Source of the DNA: Lentisphaeria bacterium
GTDB lineage: Bacteria > Verrucomicrobiota > Lentisphaeria > Victivallales > UBA1829
NCBI GenBank assembly: GCA_017456495.1
Contig: JAFTJI010000077.1
Span: forward strand, 1-58,013
Direction: 5' to 3'
Length of the DNA stretch: 58,013 bases
Shown here: positions 56,231-58,013 of the stretch, in pieces
Layout of the letters: every line of letters starts with the position of its first letter
Numbering within the stretch: the stretch's first letter is position 1
The notes under the pieces: model-generated
The model's input: only the letters and a program-made list of their open reading frames with translations
What the model was told of the DNA's origin: nothing
The model's database searches: none
Position numbers and translations under genes: made by a program

Positions 56231-57565
56231 TTATTTGAACGTGGTCAACTCTTCCTTGTATTCTTTCCGGTAATCTGCCCAGATGCCCTTTGCCTTTGTG
56301 ATGCTGGGCACATAAGGATCAAGACAGAGAGCCTGGATTGCAAGAGAATCGTTTCCTTCCGCAACCGCCTGTGCGACCATTTCGTGGATCACTGTCTGAC
56401 GACGGCAGATTTCTGCAGGAGCCATGGGCAGTTTTCCAACGTGGATGGAACGGACTTCTCCGCCGATTGCCAGCGCGGGAACGTCAAGGATCACATCATC
56501 CGGCAGGTTTTCAACTGCGCCGTTGTTGCGGATATTGATTGCATCGAAGTACAACGGAGTGTTGGTTTCCAGAGCGGTGATCACGCGGCAGGGATTTTCT
56601 GCATAGTACGGATGATCCGGGTCCACAGGGAAGGGCGGTTTCGCATAGTTTTTGCCCAGAAGCCGCTGCGTTTCCAGTGTATGGGATTTCTGCTTGACCA
56701 GATTTTCATAGAATTCTGCCAGAGAGTGGAGTCCCCATTTTTCCCATTCTTCAGGATCCTGGAAGAATGGCATATATTCCACAATGTGTTCGTCATATCC
56801 AACAGGGTACATGCCGAAGGTGTTGTAAACTTCTTTGGTAAATTTCTGTTCCGGGGTACTGGGGAATACTTCGTTCCAATATTTGGAAGCCTGCATCTTG
56901 GTGATAAATTCTTCCATGCAGCTTTCACGGGTGTTCCGGCGGCGGATATCAAAAAGCCAGTTCAGATGGTTAACCCCTGCGGTGATGACTTCCAGTTCGC
57001 CGGGTTCCATTCCCAACTCTTCCGCGATCAGACCGAAAGAACCGTGGACCTGATGGCAGAATCCGAGAGCTTTGATTTTCGGGAAGTAGTTTTTGAAGTA
57101 GGTACAGAGAATAGACATGGGGTTGGAAAAGTTCATCAGCCATGCGTTCGGACAGCATTTTTCCATCGTTTCAAGAATTTCTTTGTAAAGACAGATATTT
57201 CTTGCGCCATGGATGATTCCGCCGGGTCCGCCGTTTTCAGCTTTGACCTGGAAAACACCGTGCTTTTCTGCAATACGGAAATCTTTTGCCCAGTAGGCAT
57301 AACGGTTCTTTTCGCAGGAGGTAATAACATAATCAGCACCAGTCAGAGCAGGTTCAAGAGCTGTTGTAACTTCAACTTTGACATGATTCTTTCCGGTTGC
57401 GAGAACCTCTTCCACAGAGGCTTTTGCGACAGCCAGACGGTCTTCCGCAACGTCCATCAGCATGAAGGTGCTGTTATCAAAGACCGGATCTGTCAACAAC
57501 TCTTTTGCAATCGTGAGAACAAAGCCGGAGCCTGCTCCGAGCATCGTGATTTTCAAATTTTTCAT
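56231..57565 (-). CDS. GH4 family NAD/Mn-dependent glycosidase
   Basis: KITMLGAGSGFV Rossmann start, the GFCHQVHG motif and a length of ~444 aa. Confidence 0.8.
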   Translation of the reverse strand: MKNLKITMLGAGSGFVLTIAKELLTDPVFDNSTFMLMDVAEDRLAVAKASVEEVLATGKNHVKVEVTTALEPALTGADYVITSCEKNRYAYWAKDFRIAEKHGVFQVKAENGGPGGIIHGARNICLYKEILETMEKCCPNAWLMNFSNPMSILCTYFKNYFPKIKALGFCHQVHGSFGLIAEELGMEPGELEVITAGVNHLNWLFDIRRRNTRESCMEEFITKMQASKYWNEVFPSTPEQKFTKEVYNTFGMYPVGYDEHIVEYMPFFQDPEEWEKWGLHSLAEFYENLVKQKSHTLETQRLLGKNYAKPPFPVDPDHPYYAENPCRVITALETNTPLYFDAINIRNNGAVENLPDDVILDVPALAIGGEVRSIHVGKLPMAPAEICRRQTVIHEMVAQAVAEGNDSLAIQALCLDPYVPSITKAKGIWADYRKEYKEELTTFK

Positions 57566-57756
57566 TTTCCCTTTTTCCTTAACATTAAGTTAGTGTAGGT
57601 TACGATGTTTCCGATAATATATCTCTGACAATTGAAAAAATCAAGAGAGAGAAGTCTATTTTTCTTTGTTCTTTTCTCAAAAACAACTTGCCTTTTGCTG
57701 TTTTTGTGGTATAGTTATCTGAAACCTGAATTTATCAGAAACGAAAGGATTTTGTT

Positions 57757-58013
57757 ATGACATCTGCAGAAGTGATGGCTCTTTTCAAAGAGTACGGAAG
57801 ACGGACGGTTTTCATCGGTACAGAGAAAGCCGGAGTGATTGTTGCTCTCGATCAGGAAGGCAGACTTTTTTATGTTTATAACGGCGAAGTCGTCAGCCGT
57901 GTGAACGATGCTGCAATCAAAGGTATCACCAACCGTTCCGGTTACCTGAACCCCGGCGGAGATGGTCTCTGGCCCGCTCCCGAAGGAACCTGCTTCGGCT
58001 ATGAATATGCCAC
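57757..58013 (+). CDS. Hypothetical protein, 5' fragment running off the window
   Basis: An ATG at 57757 opens a frame (MTSAEVMALFKEYGRRTVFIGTEK...GGDGLWPAPEGTCFGYEYA) that stays open to the window edge. It is not in the ORF track because it has no stop. I recognise no family. Confidence 0.4.
   Translation, partial: MTSAEVMALFKEYGRRTVFIGTEKAGVIVALDQEGRLFYVYNGEVVSRVNDAAIKGITNRSGYLNPGGDGLWPAPEGTCFGYEYA

Overview
This is a 58-kb bacterial window of mid GC content. It probably comes from a PVC-group organism, and Lentisphaerota/Victivallales-like is my guess. That guess rests only on two pseudopilin-type genes with [33 protein letters not shown]-termini, so it is inference. The window splits into two parts.

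(1) Positions 1-19.7 kb are a housekeeping block built as two convergent gene arms. The plus arm is hisF, an LplA-like ligase, rnc, an Fe-ADH and a GHL10-like protein. The minus arm is rpiB-glyA (fused), serS, leuC, leuD, a small HNH protein, a three-gene ABC importer, xerD, purA and a SEDS protein. Each arm begins just downstream of one copy of a structured 190-250 bp repeat that carries a variable 9-bp tandem array. The two copies are in inverted orientation.

(2) Positions 19.7-57.6 kb are a large glycan-degradation island. It holds cytoplasmic exo-glycosidases (GH127, a GH78-like protein, GH2, GH78, a GHL6-like protein, GH4), two AraC regulators and a lipoprotein metallophosphoesterase. 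Its core is five tandem paralogs of a ~1130-aa secreted multidomain protein that I cannot assign to a characterised family. Interleaved with them are a small secreted protein, a cytoplasmic WbsX/GH99-like protein and two DUF1559-type pseudopilin-like genes, one of which is interrupted by an in-frame TAA. No transporter is encoded in this island.

The paralog array plus the pseudopilin-like genes is the best candidate here for an undescribed system. I found no rRNA, tRNA, CRISPR array, transposase or phage genes. All family assignments come from motif recognition by eye, and no searches were run.
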